The notes below the pieces were generated by a model. That model ran no database searches and was not told the DNA's origin. It saw only the letters and a program-made list of their open reading frames with translations. Shown here piece by piece: positions 1-9,579 of a stretch of 64,000 nt of DNA. The translations under genes were made by a program, and so were the position numbers. The stretch's first letter is position 1, and every line of letters starts with the position of its first letter. This stretch comes from Burkholderiaceae bacterium. Lineage in GTDB: Bacteria > Pseudomonadota > Gammaproteobacteria > Burkholderiales > Burkholderiaceae_C. The stretch spans positions 213-64,212 of the forward strand of contig JBEIEP010000015.1 of assembly GCA_040382935.1 (NCBI GenBank). The letters are read 5' to 3'.

Positions 1-866
1 GGTGTCGTTGGTAGGCTAAGTTCGCTGCCATTCGAAACAACCGCTACTGTGCGAATGGCCTCTACGGTGCTGTCCATGCCGTTGATAACCCTCCCAAATG
101 CGGCATATCCACCGGTAACTTTATCTCTATCCGTATCTAGGAATGTATTGTTAACCACGTTGATAAAGAATTCATTTGTGGCACTGTTCAACACACTGGT
201 TCGTGCCATTGCAATAGTGCCCTTGACATTGCTAATACCTGTCTGCGCTGGTGCTTCTAAGGCGATGGCCGCGTAGGTGGATGATTTCCTTGTTAGAGCT
301 GTGGTGTAGGTGTATCCGCCCCCTTGAACCATGAAGTCCGATATAACTCTGTGAAAAACGGTGGATGCGTAAAAACCGTCATTCACATATTTCAGAAAGT
401 TAGCCGTTGTGATCGGCGCCTTGGTTGGCTCCAATTCAACGACAAACTGCCCCAAGCTTGTGCCCATACAAACCGTAGGCTTGGTGCTTGCGTCAGAGGC
501 CGTATAACCAGACGCATTGCAGGGGCCGCGAACAGAAGAGGGCGCACTCACGTTACCGGCCGTATCCTTTGCCCATACATAGTAAGTCGAGTTAGGGACC
601 ACCAACTGCACCGCTTTGGTATTTGAGGATTGAAAGCAGGCATCCGAATTGCTTGGCGTTGTGTTTGAATTCTTAAAGCAGTAGCCTGACACCTGAAAAT
701 TGTCTGTGGCAGTGGCAGTCAGCGTGATAGCGCCGGAAACCGGTGCTCCCGCAGAGACGCCTGATAGCGTAGGGGCAATCGAATCCGGAGTACCGCCGCC
801 GCCACCGCCACACCCTACAAGAATGCTCAAAACGCTAACGCTGCATGTCGTTAAAAAGTAATTCAT
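1..866 (-). CDS. Lipoprotein with Ig-like region and cyclophilin-type peptidyl-prolyl isomerase domain (3' end runs off the window)
   Basis: ATG at 866-864. Reverse translation gives MNYFLTTCSVSVLSILVGCGGGGGG (signal peptide plus lipobox LVGC), then TATATDNFQVSGY, then the cyclophilin signature APITTANFLKYVNDGFYASTVFHRVISDFMVQGGG. The frame stays open to position 1. It is absent from the ORF track because no stop lies inside the window. Confidence 0.75.
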   Translation of the reverse strand, partial: MNYFLTTCSVSVLSILVGCGGGGGGTPDSIAPTLSGVSAGAPVSGAITLTATATDNFQVSGYCFKNSNTTPSNSDACFQSSNTKAVQLVVPNSTYYVWAKDTAGNVSAPSSVRGPCNASGYTASDASTKPTVCMGTSLGQFVVELEPTKAPITTANFLKYVNDGFYASTVFHRVISDFMVQGGGYTYTTALTRKSSTYAAIALEAPAQTGISNVKGTIAMARTSVLNSATNEFFINVVNNTFLDTDRDKVTGGYAAFGRVINGMDSTVEAIRTVAVVSNGSELSLPTT

Positions 867-1098
867 TTAAACACCTAAGAGGTTGCTGGGCGCACACACA
901 AAGTGTGGTGGGAGCGTATTGTTACTTAGTTTTGTGTTGAGCGCTATGACAAGCTGATATTCGCGGTGTTGGCTTGATACCAGCACTGATCAGAATCGGT
1001 TGCATGGATCGGCTCTTAATTTGGCGAGTGCACTAATGGATGAACAAGCTATTGATTATATACAATGTATATTATGTTAAATACCAAATATTCTCAGG

Positions 1099-1503
1099 CT
1101 AGCGTTCTAACCAGTTCTCAACCCTAAGGCCACGGATACGGTCGAACTCTCGCCCGTTCTCAGTGACCAGTGTGAGGCCCAACGCACGGGCGTGCGCGGC
1201 GATCAACAGGTCGTTCATACCAATGGGTTGGCCCGCGGCTTCTAGCTCGGCGCGAATGCTGCCGTATTCAGCGTCAACCGGACTCTCTAGCGGCAGAACC
1301 GGAACCGTTCGCAAGATCTCCTCAACCTTAGCAAGCAACTTGGCTGAACCCTTTTTGGCACAGCCATAGCGAAGCTCAGACGCAACAATGATGCTGGTGA
1401 CGATACGGTTTGATCCAAGCTGCCCAATGTGACGTGCGGCCAGCCCGTCCGGGTTTCGAATTAGCTCGCTGATGATGTTGGTATCCAGCAGGTAGCCGTT
1501 CAA
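1099..1503 (-). CDS. vapC: PIN-domain toxin VapC
   Basis: N-terminus MNGYLLDTNIISELIR with acidic PIN residues. It overlaps the upstream antitoxin gene by 4 nt. Confidence 0.85.
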   Translation of the reverse strand: MNGYLLDTNIISELIRNPDGLAARHIGQLGSNRIVTSIIVASELRYGCAKKGSAKLLAKVEEILRTVPVLPLESPVDAEYGSIRAELEAAGQPIGMNDLLIAAHARALGLTLVTENGREFDRIRGLRVENWLER

Positions 1504-1766
1504 AACAGGTTCTCCGGCTGGGCTGGCATATCGTCAATGTCTGGGAACTGATCGCCCTGCCCAAACGGCGCGTCTAGCCGCCATTGGGTGAGTAATTCGA
1601 CGATGTTAGTGGGCCGGGTCACCGGCTCAATGATGAGCCTGCCCCCTTCACGGTGTATCAACACGCGCTCGCCCGGCAACTCGAACTCAACCGGAATCCG
1701 CACAGCTTGGCTGCGGTTGTTGCGAAACAGCTTGGCTTCTTTGGGTTTGGCTGGTGTGGACAGCAT
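1500..1766 (-). CDS. vapB: AbrB/SpoVT-type antitoxin VapB
   Basis: Contains LFRNNRSQAVRIPVEFELPGERVLIHREGGRLIIEPV (swapped-hairpin AbrB-like fold). I chose the ATG at 1766 (MLSTPAK), preceded by AGAGGA, over the GTG at 1784. Confidence 0.8.
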   Translation of the reverse strand: MLSTPAKPKEAKLFRNNRSQAVRIPVEFELPGERVLIHREGGRLIIEPVTRPTNIVELLTQWRLDAPFGQGDQFPDIDDMPAQPENLF

Positions 1767-1786
1767 AGGCACAGGTCCTCTCACTT

Positions 1787-1814
1787 ATGTATATGCCATA
1801 TTGTATATGCCATA
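1787..1814 (-). promoter_or_regulatory. Two tandem 14-bp direct repeats, candidate VapB operator
   Basis: atgtatatgccata followed by ttgtatatgccata, back to back, 21-48 nt upstream of the vapB ATG. Confidence 0.4.
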
Positions 1815-1851
1815 ACATCACCCTGGCAACCGGGTGGTTGACAACCCCATG

Positions 1852-2247
1852 TCACAAAAGGTGCGTAGATTGCCCCTGGGCCACTAAAAGTGTTAGAGCC
1901 TTCTTATCAAAGGACACAAAGGTTTCTCCGCCCAACCAATGGCCTTCATAGGCGATGACGCCGTCGGCAAAGTCTCCGCCTGCCTCTAGTACCCGCAAAC
2001 CCGCCTCAACAGCCGGTCGGTTCAATTCCACGTTAGAGGTGGCAATAAGCGCTCGAATCGCGCGTGCCGCGTCTGCCTGCTGCAAGCCGTACACGCGCAG
2101 CAACACCCAAACAAACTCGCAGAGACAGGGCGTTGCCACCGCAATGAGCTCAGCTTGGGTCAAGACGGCGACGGCGGCATTCGCTTGTACTGGATCGTCA
2201 CGTACCACCGCCCGCACCAGCACGTTGGTATCGACTGCGACCTTCAT
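1852..2247 (-). CDS. vapC: PIN-domain toxin (second VapC)
   Basis: Starts MKVAVDTNVLVRAVVRDD. The ATG overlaps the antitoxin stop in an ATGA arrangement. Confidence 0.8.
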   Translation of the reverse strand: MKVAVDTNVLVRAVVRDDPVQANAAVAVLTQAELIAVATPCLCEFVWVLLRVYGLQQADAARAIRALIATSNVELNRPAVEAGLRVLEAGGDFADGVIAYEGHWLGGETFVSFDKKALTLLVAQGQSTHLL

Positions 2248-2495
2248 TTCTTGCTTGCCCAACCCTGGGTGGCCGCCTCGTTCATTTCTTCAATGCTGGC
2301 GACCTTGTCTGTTTTACCCGCTAGCAGGCCGACAAAGCCGGTGATTGTTTCTGGCGGACGCGCCGCCTTGATAACACCTCTGCCATCGGGAAGCAAATCC
2401 AACTCGATCTTGTCGCCTGGCTTGATACCCAAGTGCTGCAAAACGTCTTTGCGAAAGGTGACTTGCCCTCTCTCAGTAAGCGTCAGTGTCGTCAT
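2244..2495 (-). CDS. vapB: AbrB/SpoVT-type antitoxin (second VapB)
   Basis: MTTLTLTERGQVTFRKDVLQHLGIKPGDKIELDLLPDGRGVI matches the SpoVT/AbrB motif. Confidence 0.8.
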   Translation of the reverse strand: MTTLTLTERGQVTFRKDVLQHLGIKPGDKIELDLLPDGRGVIKAARPPETITGFVGLLAGKTDKVASIEEMNEAATQGWASKK

Positions 2496-2604
2496 GTCGA
2501 TGCGCCTTTTAGGATGGCAGTTTGCAAAAACACATAGTAATGCAAAATCGCCTTATCGTCTATGGCGTCTATTCCAGCCGCAAACTGACGCGTAAAGCAA
2601 CAGG

Positions 2605-3534
2605 CTATCCCCAATACAACAAAACATCACGGCCCGAAACAGTCAGCTGGGTTTTAAGGCCAAATGGCAACACCACCTTGGTGGGTACGTGGCCAAAAGG
2701 CAGGCCTGTTAACACGGGTAGGCCGGTAAGCTGGGCCAGCCATTGCTCCACCGTGCGCAACTTAAAGCCTCTATCGGCAGGCGACAAGGTAAACGCGGTA
2801 AATTGCCCCAGCACAATGGCTTTTTGCGACGCTAGCACCCCGGCCAGATGCAACTGGTTCAGCATGCGCTCTATCTTGTAAGGCGGCTCGCCCACATCCT
2901 CTAACCACAAAATGCCGCCTTTAACCTTAGGAAAATAGGGCGTGCCCAGTAGGCTGACCAGCACGCACAGGTTGCCCCCCCACAGAACACCGCTACCCAA
3001 ATCTTCCTCTTGGTCAGCGGCCAGTTGATAGGGCGATGAGGCCGGTAAACGCCAACCCGCGCCCTCGCCCTGCCCCTGAACCAAATCGTCAAAGCAGGCC
3101 TCCATAATGTCATCTGGAAGCTGCGTATTTGGGTCTTGATGCCCAAAATCAGCGCCGACTGACGGCCCAGCCCAGGTGACGGTTTTGTTGACGGCGTAAC
3201 TTGCCGCTTGCAGGGCAGTAAAGTCGCTAAACCCCACAAACCGGGTGCCCTTGGCCACGGCTTGGTGGATCTTGTCGTAGGGCAATTGGGTCAGCAGCCG
3301 CGTTAGGCCGTAACCGCCGCGAGACACGATGGCAATATCGGCACCGCTAGAGGCAGCGCGGTCTATGGCACGTAGTCGCGTTTCATCGTTACCTGCAAAT
3401 CGCGTAAAACTGGCCGTTGCATCTGGGTCCACCGTGACCTCGTGCCCTAAGTGCTTCAGGCGGGCCAAGCCCCTAGCAAAGGCTTTTTTGTCGATGATGA
3501 GGCTGGACGGTGAATAAACGTAAATCGATGCCAT
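2605..3534 (-). CDS. ldcA: LD-carboxypeptidase (muramoyltetrapeptide carboxypeptidase, peptidase S66)
   Basis: Motifs SRGGYGLTRLL and FVGFSDFTAL (nucleophile Ser). The start MASIYVYSP at 3534 forms a TAATG overlap with the upstream stop. The longer 374-aa ORF N-terminus is Arg/Cys-rich and lies inside the upstream gene. Confidence 0.8.
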   Translation of the reverse strand: MASIYVYSPSSLIIDKKAFARGLARLKHLGHEVTVDPDATASFTRFAGNDETRLRAIDRAASSGADIAIVSRGGYGLTRLLTQLPYDKIHQAVAKGTRFVGFSDFTALQAASYAVNKTVTWAGPSVGADFGHQDPNTQLPDDIMEACFDDLVQGQGEGAGWRLPASSPYQLAADQEEDLGSGVLWGGNLCVLVSLLGTPYFPKVKGGILWLEDVGEPPYKIERMLNQLHLAGVLASQKAIVLGQFTAFTLSPADRGFKLRTVEQWLAQLTGLPVLTGLPFGHVPTKVVLPFGLKTQLTVSGRDVLLYWG

Positions 3535-4919
3535 TACTGAAAAATCTCCAATGCACATTCTGCGATTTCTTTGCCGTGCTCTTGTACAAAGTGGCCTGCC
3601 TGCGGGATTTGCAGCGCAGGCCCACAACCCCGGATAGCGGGCCGCATGGCCTGCATCACGTCCCAGCCTAACACAGGGTCTTGCATTCCTACGGCCATTA
3701 AACTGGCACCGCTCCATTGCTCTGACCAAAAAGTCTTGGCCTGCCGCACCAGCGCAGCACCCGGTGCGTCTGGTTGGTCGGGCACCATGTTGGGGAAACG
3801 CCGCGTGCCTGCTCTCAACCCACTGTTCACAAAAGGCGCGTTATAGGCCTGGCACTCGGCTGGGCTTAGGTGGGGGTTGCCTCTGGCAAACAGCCGTGCA
3901 ATGTCAAACACCGGGTTTTTGCCGCACATGGTGCGCCAGTCTAAAAAGCCCTGGCTTAAAGGCTCAAGACCCGTAGGCATAGCGGTGTTCATCACCAAAA
4001 GCCCTTTGTAGCGATGCGGTGCCGCCATGGGCAGGGTCAATCCCAAAATGCCGCCCCAGTCTTGTACCACCAACACCACGTTGCGCAGGTCCAACCACTC
4101 CACCAGTTCCAGCAGGTTGTTTCTGTGCCACTCAAACTGATGGAAGTCGTCGGCCTTGGGTTTGTCGCTTTTGCCAAACCCTATCAAATCGGGGGCCACC
4201 ACGCGGTGCCCACCCGCCAAAAACACCGGGATCATTTTGCGGTACAGGTAGCTCCAAGCGGGGTTGCCGTGCAAACACAGGTAGGTGGTGGCCGTGTGCG
4301 CACTGCCCTGCCCTTGGTATTCATCCAGGTAGTGCTGGCGCAAACCCGACAGGCTGGGCAGATCGGCCACGTAGTGGGGTGCCCAAGGGTAGTTGGGGCA
4401 CTGGGCAAAGGCCTCGTCAGGCGTTCTTAGGGCGTCGTCGCGCAGCGGAAAGTTCATTTTGGCCTGTGCCAGATTTTCATGGCGGCGTTGTTTAAAAAAT
4501 GCGGACAACAAATCGGCAGATTGAGCTGCCGCTTGCGTACCCGCATACGAAGTAACTTGCGTATGGTGGTTGATTTGGCGCTGGGCAAACACATCGATCA
4601 CCGACCCTGCTGCCCCGGCTTTGGCGTCTGCTGCCGCAAAATGCACCTTGGCCAATCTCGCATTGGCGATGGCCCCGGCGCACATGGCGCAAGGCTCCAA
4701 GGTCACATACAGCTCACAGCCCTCTAATCGGTAGTTGCCCAGTGTGGCCGCGGCTTGGCGCAGCGCGACGATTTCGGCATGGGCGCTGGGGTCATGGTCT
4801 TGCACACAGCGGTTGCTCCCCTCCCCCACAATGCGCCCATCTTTAACCACCACCGCACCCACAGGCACCTCACCCCGCTCAAAGGCCGATTGGGCCAGGG
4901 CCAGTGCACGGTCAAACAT
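3534..4919 (-). CDS. tadA: tRNA adenosine(34) deaminase TadA fused to an alpha/beta-hydrolase (haloalkane-dehalogenase-like) domain
   Basis: The N-terminal part has HAEIVALR...TLEPCAMCAGAI (CDA zinc motifs). The C-terminal roughly 290 aa has LCLHGNPAWSYLYRKMIP, APDLIGFGKSDKP and VVQDWGG (nucleophile elbow). Confidence 0.8.
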   Translation of the reverse strand: MFDRALALAQSAFERGEVPVGAVVVKDGRIVGEGSNRCVQDHDPSAHAEIVALRQAAATLGNYRLEGCELYVTLEPCAMCAGAIANARLAKVHFAAADAKAGAAGSVIDVFAQRQINHHTQVTSYAGTQAAAQSADLLSAFFKQRRHENLAQAKMNFPLRDDALRTPDEAFAQCPNYPWAPHYVADLPSLSGLRQHYLDEYQGQGSAHTATTYLCLHGNPAWSYLYRKMIPVFLAGGHRVVAPDLIGFGKSDKPKADDFHQFEWHRNNLLELVEWLDLRNVVLVVQDWGGILGLTLPMAAPHRYKGLLVMNTAMPTGLEPLSQGFLDWRTMCGKNPVFDIARLFARGNPHLSPAECQAYNAPFVNSGLRAGTRRFPNMVPDQPDAPGAALVRQAKTFWSEQWSGASLMAVGMQDPVLGWDVMQAMRPAIRGCGPALQIPQAGHFVQEHGKEIAECALEIFQ

Positions 4920-5571
4920 TGCCCTCTATCCAATCGGCCAATTGGCGCTCGCCATGCGTGCCTGCCCGGTACTGCGCCAAGGTGGTGGCGCGAGCCTCTG
5001 GCCGGTGCTGGTTGATTTTGACTTTAAGTTGCCAACTCGTCACCGTTAGCCGGTAACCCGTAATGGCACTTAGCATTTTGCCGGTGTAGTCCTCTGGCAG
5101 ATCGCGCCACTGCTGGGCGTAGTGCGGTTCGTGGTCACCAATCAAGCGCTTGAGCAATTGGTCTTTTTGATGGGCATCGGTAATCACTTCTACATCGGCC
5201 CGGCAATGCAGGGCCACGTAATTCCAAGTGGGCACCCGTTGCAAATCGGGGTACACCGAGGGCGACAGGTAGGCATTGGGGCCTAACACAGTCACCACCA
5301 CACGCGGCCGCGCCAGCAAATGGCGCACCTGGGGGTTGCCATTGGCCAGGTGGCACAACAAAACAAAGGTCTGTTCATCTTGCCCCGATTGGCTTGCATC
5401 ACCCGGCGGCACCGCTCTGCCTTGTGCTACGTCTTGCCAGTGCAACGGCACGTGGCTGATATAGGGCAATCCCTCGTCATCGGTGCTAATCACGCTGCCA
5501 AGGGGGTATTCGCGCACCAGCCGTTGGGCTACCGACAGGTCACGGGATGCAAAGTGTTTGGGAAGGTACAT
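4912..5571 (-). CDS. FMN-binding negative transcriptional regulator, PaiB family
   Basis: The N-terminus MYLPKHFASRDLSVAQRLVREYPLGSVIS is typical of the PaiB family. Confidence 0.7.
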   Translation of the reverse strand: MYLPKHFASRDLSVAQRLVREYPLGSVISTDDEGLPYISHVPLHWQDVAQGRAVPPGDASQSGQDEQTFVLLCHLANGNPQVRHLLARPRVVVTVLGPNAYLSPSVYPDLQRVPTWNYVALHCRADVEVITDAHQKDQLLKRLIGDHEPHYAQQWRDLPEDYTGKMLSAITGYRLTVTSWQLKVKINQHRPEARATTLAQYRAGTHGERQLADWIEGNV

Positions 5572-5696
5572 GGGCTTAAACGTCCAAGGTAAGCAGGATT
5601 GTTAGGGCTTCATTCTAAGCCGCTGAAACGCCCTAGGCGCTAGATTCGGCCCAATAGCGGCATTGCTTGAAGTCGGTGTTTACGGAGAGTAAAACC

Positions 5697-6941
5697 CTAG
5701 TCAGGCCTATAGCCATACAACCAAGGCCGGTCTAGCAGCGCCCTGCCATTCACCTTGAGCGCCAGATTGCGCGCCACGGCTAAAGGGCCGTTGGCATGAA
5801 AAATCTTTGCGTTGCGTCTGGCCCCGGCCTGTACTTTTGCGACGCGGGCCTGACGTTGTTGCACGTAGTGCTGGGCCAGGCTTGGGTGATGGGTTTGTTT
5901 ATTGTTTGCTGGCAAGGTGGCACACCCTTGTGCGATAGACCAGGCGTCTTCAATAGACATGGCCGCGCCTTGCGCCAAAAATGGCAGCATAGGGTGGGCA
6001 GCATCGCCCAGCAACAGCGTGCTGGGGTGCGGTACCAGCTCTTTTGATTGGGAAACCGGTGGCCTGTCAAACAAGGCCCATGACCGCCATTGCTCAACCG
6101 AGTCAACCAGCTGCGCCAAGGTTTTGTGGCCTATAGGGGTGCGAAGCGGCAGTTTAGAGGTCATTTGGCGTTGCTCCCACAGCGTATCCACCTGTGCCAA
6201 AGGCACCTGCAAAATGACCACCAAGTTGTACAAGTCCCCTGCACGAACCGGGTAGCCCACCGTGTGCATATCGGGGCCTAGCCAAACGCTTACACATTGT
6301 CCGGTTAATCCTAAATTAAGATTTTTCAGCGGTAACAAGGCGCGAAATGCCACTTGCCCGGTAACAGCAGGCGGGCCATCGGCCAACAACAACGCCCGCA
6401 CCTGGCTAAATCCGCCATCGCAACCCAATAGCAAATCGGTGGTGATTGGGTCTGCCAACTCGTCCCCCTGCAACTTCGCCCTGAGCGTCAATGCGCCGTC
6501 TGGCCCTTGATCAATACCGGTGAGTTCTCGGTTCAACGCCAGTTGCGCCCAGCCCTCGCGTTGAACGGCCTCAAGCAACAGTTGATGAAGGTCTGCGCGG
6601 TGAACGGTCGTGTACGGCGCACCATACTGCTGTGCGCTGGTTGAGCCAAGGGGTTTGGTGGCCAAGGTTTCAGTGCGCAAAGCGTTGCACACCGCCAGGC
6701 TGACGGGCTGGCTACCGATGCGTGCCAAGGCTGGGCCTAAACCCATGCGAATGAGCAAGCCACTGGCATTGGGTCCCAATTGCAAGCCGGCTCCGACTTC
6801 TTCAAATCGGGGGGCCCGTTCCCAGAGCGTGAGCGAACCTAAGGCTTTTTGCGCGCGTTGCCCCAACGCCAGCGCCAATGTCAAACCCGCAATGCCACCC
6901 CCCACAATCACACCACGGTTGAACCGCAGGGAATTGGGCAT
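5697..6941 (-). CDS. FAD-dependent monooxygenase (UbiH/salicylate hydroxylase family)
   Basis: Contains GVIVGGGIAGLTLALAL (GxGxxG), CDGGFSQVR and LLGDAAHPMLPFLAQGAAMSIEDA. Confidence 0.8.
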   Translation of the reverse strand: MPNSLRFNRGVIVGGGIAGLTLALALGQRAQKALGSLTLWERAPRFEEVGAGLQLGPNASGLLIRMGLGPALARIGSQPVSLAVCNALRTETLATKPLGSTSAQQYGAPYTTVHRADLHQLLLEAVQREGWAQLALNRELTGIDQGPDGALTLRAKLQGDELADPITTDLLLGCDGGFSQVRALLLADGPPAVTGQVAFRALLPLKNLNLGLTGQCVSVWLGPDMHTVGYPVRAGDLYNLVVILQVPLAQVDTLWEQRQMTSKLPLRTPIGHKTLAQLVDSVEQWRSWALFDRPPVSQSKELVPHPSTLLLGDAAHPMLPFLAQGAAMSIEDAWSIAQGCATLPANNKQTHHPSLAQHYVQQRQARVAKVQAGARRNAKIFHANGPLAVARNLALKVNGRALLDRPWLYGYRPD

Positions 6942-6945
6942 GGCT

Positions 6946-9579
6946 CTATCTGCCTTGCAGCAAGACCTTGAGTGCCGCCTGCAATCGGGCCTTGTTGTCG
7001 CCAGCTACCCCGGATTGCAATACTTTGGCGACGTCAGCTCCCCACGTCTCTTTAGGGGCGGGATCGTTTCGGCGTGTCAACAACTGCAATTGCAGCGCCC
7101 GTCGGGCGTCGATATGCGTTGCCGGTGTAGGTGTATCGGTGGCGATTTCGAGGCGCAGCAGCGCTGTCGCGGCCGCTGCATCGTCAACAACCGACTCGCT
7201 AAGCGCCTTGGTCCAGGCCTGACGGGTGGATGGGCTAACTCTGGCGCCCAGGGCTTGTACACCAGGCAACAATGAGGCATCTCTGGCTTGCCATGCGCTT
7301 AACACTTGGGTCAGTACCTCACCGTGCGCCTGAACGGACAGCTTCTTGAGTGCCATTTCGGCAACTTCAAAGGCATTGCGCTGGGCTCTGAATGCCGTAT
7401 CGCCCAAGCGCGGTGGTGGTGGGCCAGCGGGCTCGCGGCGCTCAAAGGTTCGGCCTGCGGGTTTGCCATCCATCGAACGCCTAGGCGCACCTGGCCTTTC
7501 ACCTCGCGCATGAGCAGGGGCATGCGCTTCGGCGCGCTTTGCACCGGGCCTGTCGTCTCCGCGCATCGCAACCACCGGTTTGGCGGGCGACTTAACAGGT
7601 TCACGGACAGCCGATTCGGCGGGCTGATTGTCATCAGTGGCCAAAGCGCTGGTTTCAGGGCTGGTTGGAATAGGGTTGGCGTGTTTTTGATCGTCTGGTT
7701 TAGGTGCCGGGTCACTGCCGCCGCTTAGCACTTGCCGCAACGCCTGCATGGACTGGTGAATCGCGGTCGCGTCTCCGGCCTGCGTCGCCTGCTGAAGTGC
7801 GTTGGCCGCGTTAACCACCGCTTGGTCAAAGGCACCCATGGCCATGGCGGCCTTTTCACGCTCTTGGGTCTTGCGATCAAAGGCATCGTCAATGGGTTTG
7901 CGGAATCTGTCCCATAGCTTTTGTTCAAACCGGCGCTCTAACGGCACACGGCTGGCCTCTGTCTGCCAACGCTTTTGCAGCTCTTTGATGGCATTGATGT
8001 TAAGAACAGCCTGTGCACCGAGCGCGTCGGCCTCTGCGGTCATGAGCTTGCGGGCCTCTACGCTAGCGGCTTGAACTGCATCTATAGGCGCGGTCGCGGC
8101 GTCAAACGCAGATTTCCATAGCGGGGCAAGTTCTGTAAAGGTCTTTTCATTGACATGGCCGGCGTCTCGCCAACGCTGTGCAAACTGGTGCAAGGAGCGG
8201 CTCACGTCCTTCCAATCTGGCCCGTTTGCCTTTTCTGCTGTCCACGCGGTCAGCTCTTGAACCAGATCAAGTCTGGACTGGCGGTTGGCGGCATTTTCGG
8301 ACTTGACTTTTTCTATCCACAGGTCGACCACCTTGTGAGCCTCGTTGCAGGCCTCATCAAATTTCTTCCAAAGCGCATGATTGGGATTGCCGCCTTGGTC
8401 AGTGGCCTTCCATTGCTCACGCAAACCGCGCAACTGCTCTTGGATTTTTTTACCGCCCAAGGATTGACCGGGTGGGCGATTAAGCAAACCCTGGGCTTTG
8501 GTGACCAGCTCTTGACGCAACTGATCGGCCCGCCACCGCTGCCATCCTTCTAGTTCACCGGCAGCATTCAGCGCATTGTGCGCTTGTACTTCTAAGGCGT
8601 GGTCCAGCAACCCGGCAAACTCTTTTAACCGTTGGCGCAATACCGATGCGGCTTGCACGGTCGCCTTGCCGTGGCCTTCGGCCAACTGGGCTTCTAGGTC
8701 GGCCAGCAGCTTTGCAACCGCCCCTGTTGCCTCGGCCTTTTTCTCGGGATCAACTTTTGGTTTTGAGGTTTTTTCTGGCAGAGGTGCTGCCTGCGCAAGT
8801 CCGTGCAGTTTCCTGATTTCTTCGGCCCACGTAGGCACATTGGGCAGCTCCGCACTGGGGTCATCCCGAGCGGCCACTGCCTGTTCAAGCGCGCCAGAAA
8901 AGGCATTCCAAACCGCTTGCAACTGCCGACCTGATCCTTCCAAGAGTGGCGGAAACTTGGCGTCAATACTGGCCCAGAGCCGGTGGTGCGTTAGTTCCAG
9001 GGCCTGTGTCTGCCAATGCTCGAAGTCACCTTTCAACGAGCCTTGGGCGGCGAATGCTTCAGTTAGCGACTTGGTCGACAAAACATCGGTGCGTTGGGTC
9101 AGCAACACGGCGGCCTCGCGCTGGATTTGGCAGCCATTTTGCAAATCTTCAATTTGGGACACCCGTGCCACCAACTGCTGTTTGAGCGACATCAGGGGTT
9201 CGCGCGAAAGCCCGGCACCCGCCTTGGCCGCATCGCGCTGCCACGCCATCGCGTCGGCGATATTGAGCTTGTCTTGTGCCAGTAATTGTTCGGCCTTCTG
9301 GGCCCACTCCTGCCCTATTGATTCTTGGGCTTTTTGGCGTTTGATCTCGTCTAGGCGCTCCCTAAGCGGTTTTGCCGCGCCTTTGTCTTTACTGCTCATT
9401 TCCTTGAACACGTCCTGCACCAAGGCGACGTCTGGCTGAGACGCCAACCACTCCCGAATACGTGTGGCTCGCTCGCCGGAGGTCGACGCGGAGAAGGCGC
9501 CCCCCGTCAGCTGGTCCAGCGCAAGAGCGGACAACTTCGCGGTGCCGCCATCTTCGGAGGACTTATTTGCAGAGGCCAT
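6946..9579 (-). CDS. DUF349 repeat protein (877 aa)
   Basis: Repeated helical units with W..F......W motifs, for example ALWKKFDEACNEAHKV, KLWDRFRKPIDDAFDRK and FAQRWRDAGHV. Its stop lies 4 nt before the monooxygenase start. Confidence 0.7.
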   Translation of the reverse strand: MASANKSSEDGGTAKLSALALDQLTGGAFSASTSGERATRIREWLASQPDVALVQDVFKEMSSKDKGAAKPLRERLDEIKRQKAQESIGQEWAQKAEQLLAQDKLNIADAMAWQRDAAKAGAGLSREPLMSLKQQLVARVSQIEDLQNGCQIQREAAVLLTQRTDVLSTKSLTEAFAAQGSLKGDFEHWQTQALELTHHRLWASIDAKFPPLLEGSGRQLQAVWNAFSGALEQAVAARDDPSAELPNVPTWAEEIRKLHGLAQAAPLPEKTSKPKVDPEKKAEATGAVAKLLADLEAQLAEGHGKATVQAASVLRQRLKEFAGLLDHALEVQAHNALNAAGELEGWQRWRADQLRQELVTKAQGLLNRPPGQSLGGKKIQEQLRGLREQWKATDQGGNPNHALWKKFDEACNEAHKVVDLWIEKVKSENAANRQSRLDLVQELTAWTAEKANGPDWKDVSRSLHQFAQRWRDAGHVNEKTFTELAPLWKSAFDAATAPIDAVQAASVEARKLMTAEADALGAQAVLNINAIKELQKRWQTEASRVPLERRFEQKLWDRFRKPIDDAFDRKTQEREKAAMAMGAFDQAVVNAANALQQATQAGDATAIHQSMQALRQVLSGGSDPAPKPDDQKHANPIPTSPETSALATDDNQPAESAVREPVKSPAKPVVAMRGDDRPGAKRAEAHAPAHARGERPGAPRRSMDGKPAGRTFERREPAGPPPPRLGDTAFRAQRNAFEVAEMALKKLSVQAHGEVLTQVLSAWQARDASLLPGVQALGARVSPSTRQAWTKALSESVVDDAAAATALLRLEIATDTPTPATHIDARRALQLQLLTRRNDPAPKETWGADVAKVLQSGVAGDNKARLQAALKVLLQGR

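Noticed and set aside
8576-9439. 287-aa plus-strand ORF opposite the DUF349 gene
   Set aside because: It is an antisense frame that is Ser/Ala/Cys-rich with no motifs. The minus-strand frame carries the repeated DUF349 helices.
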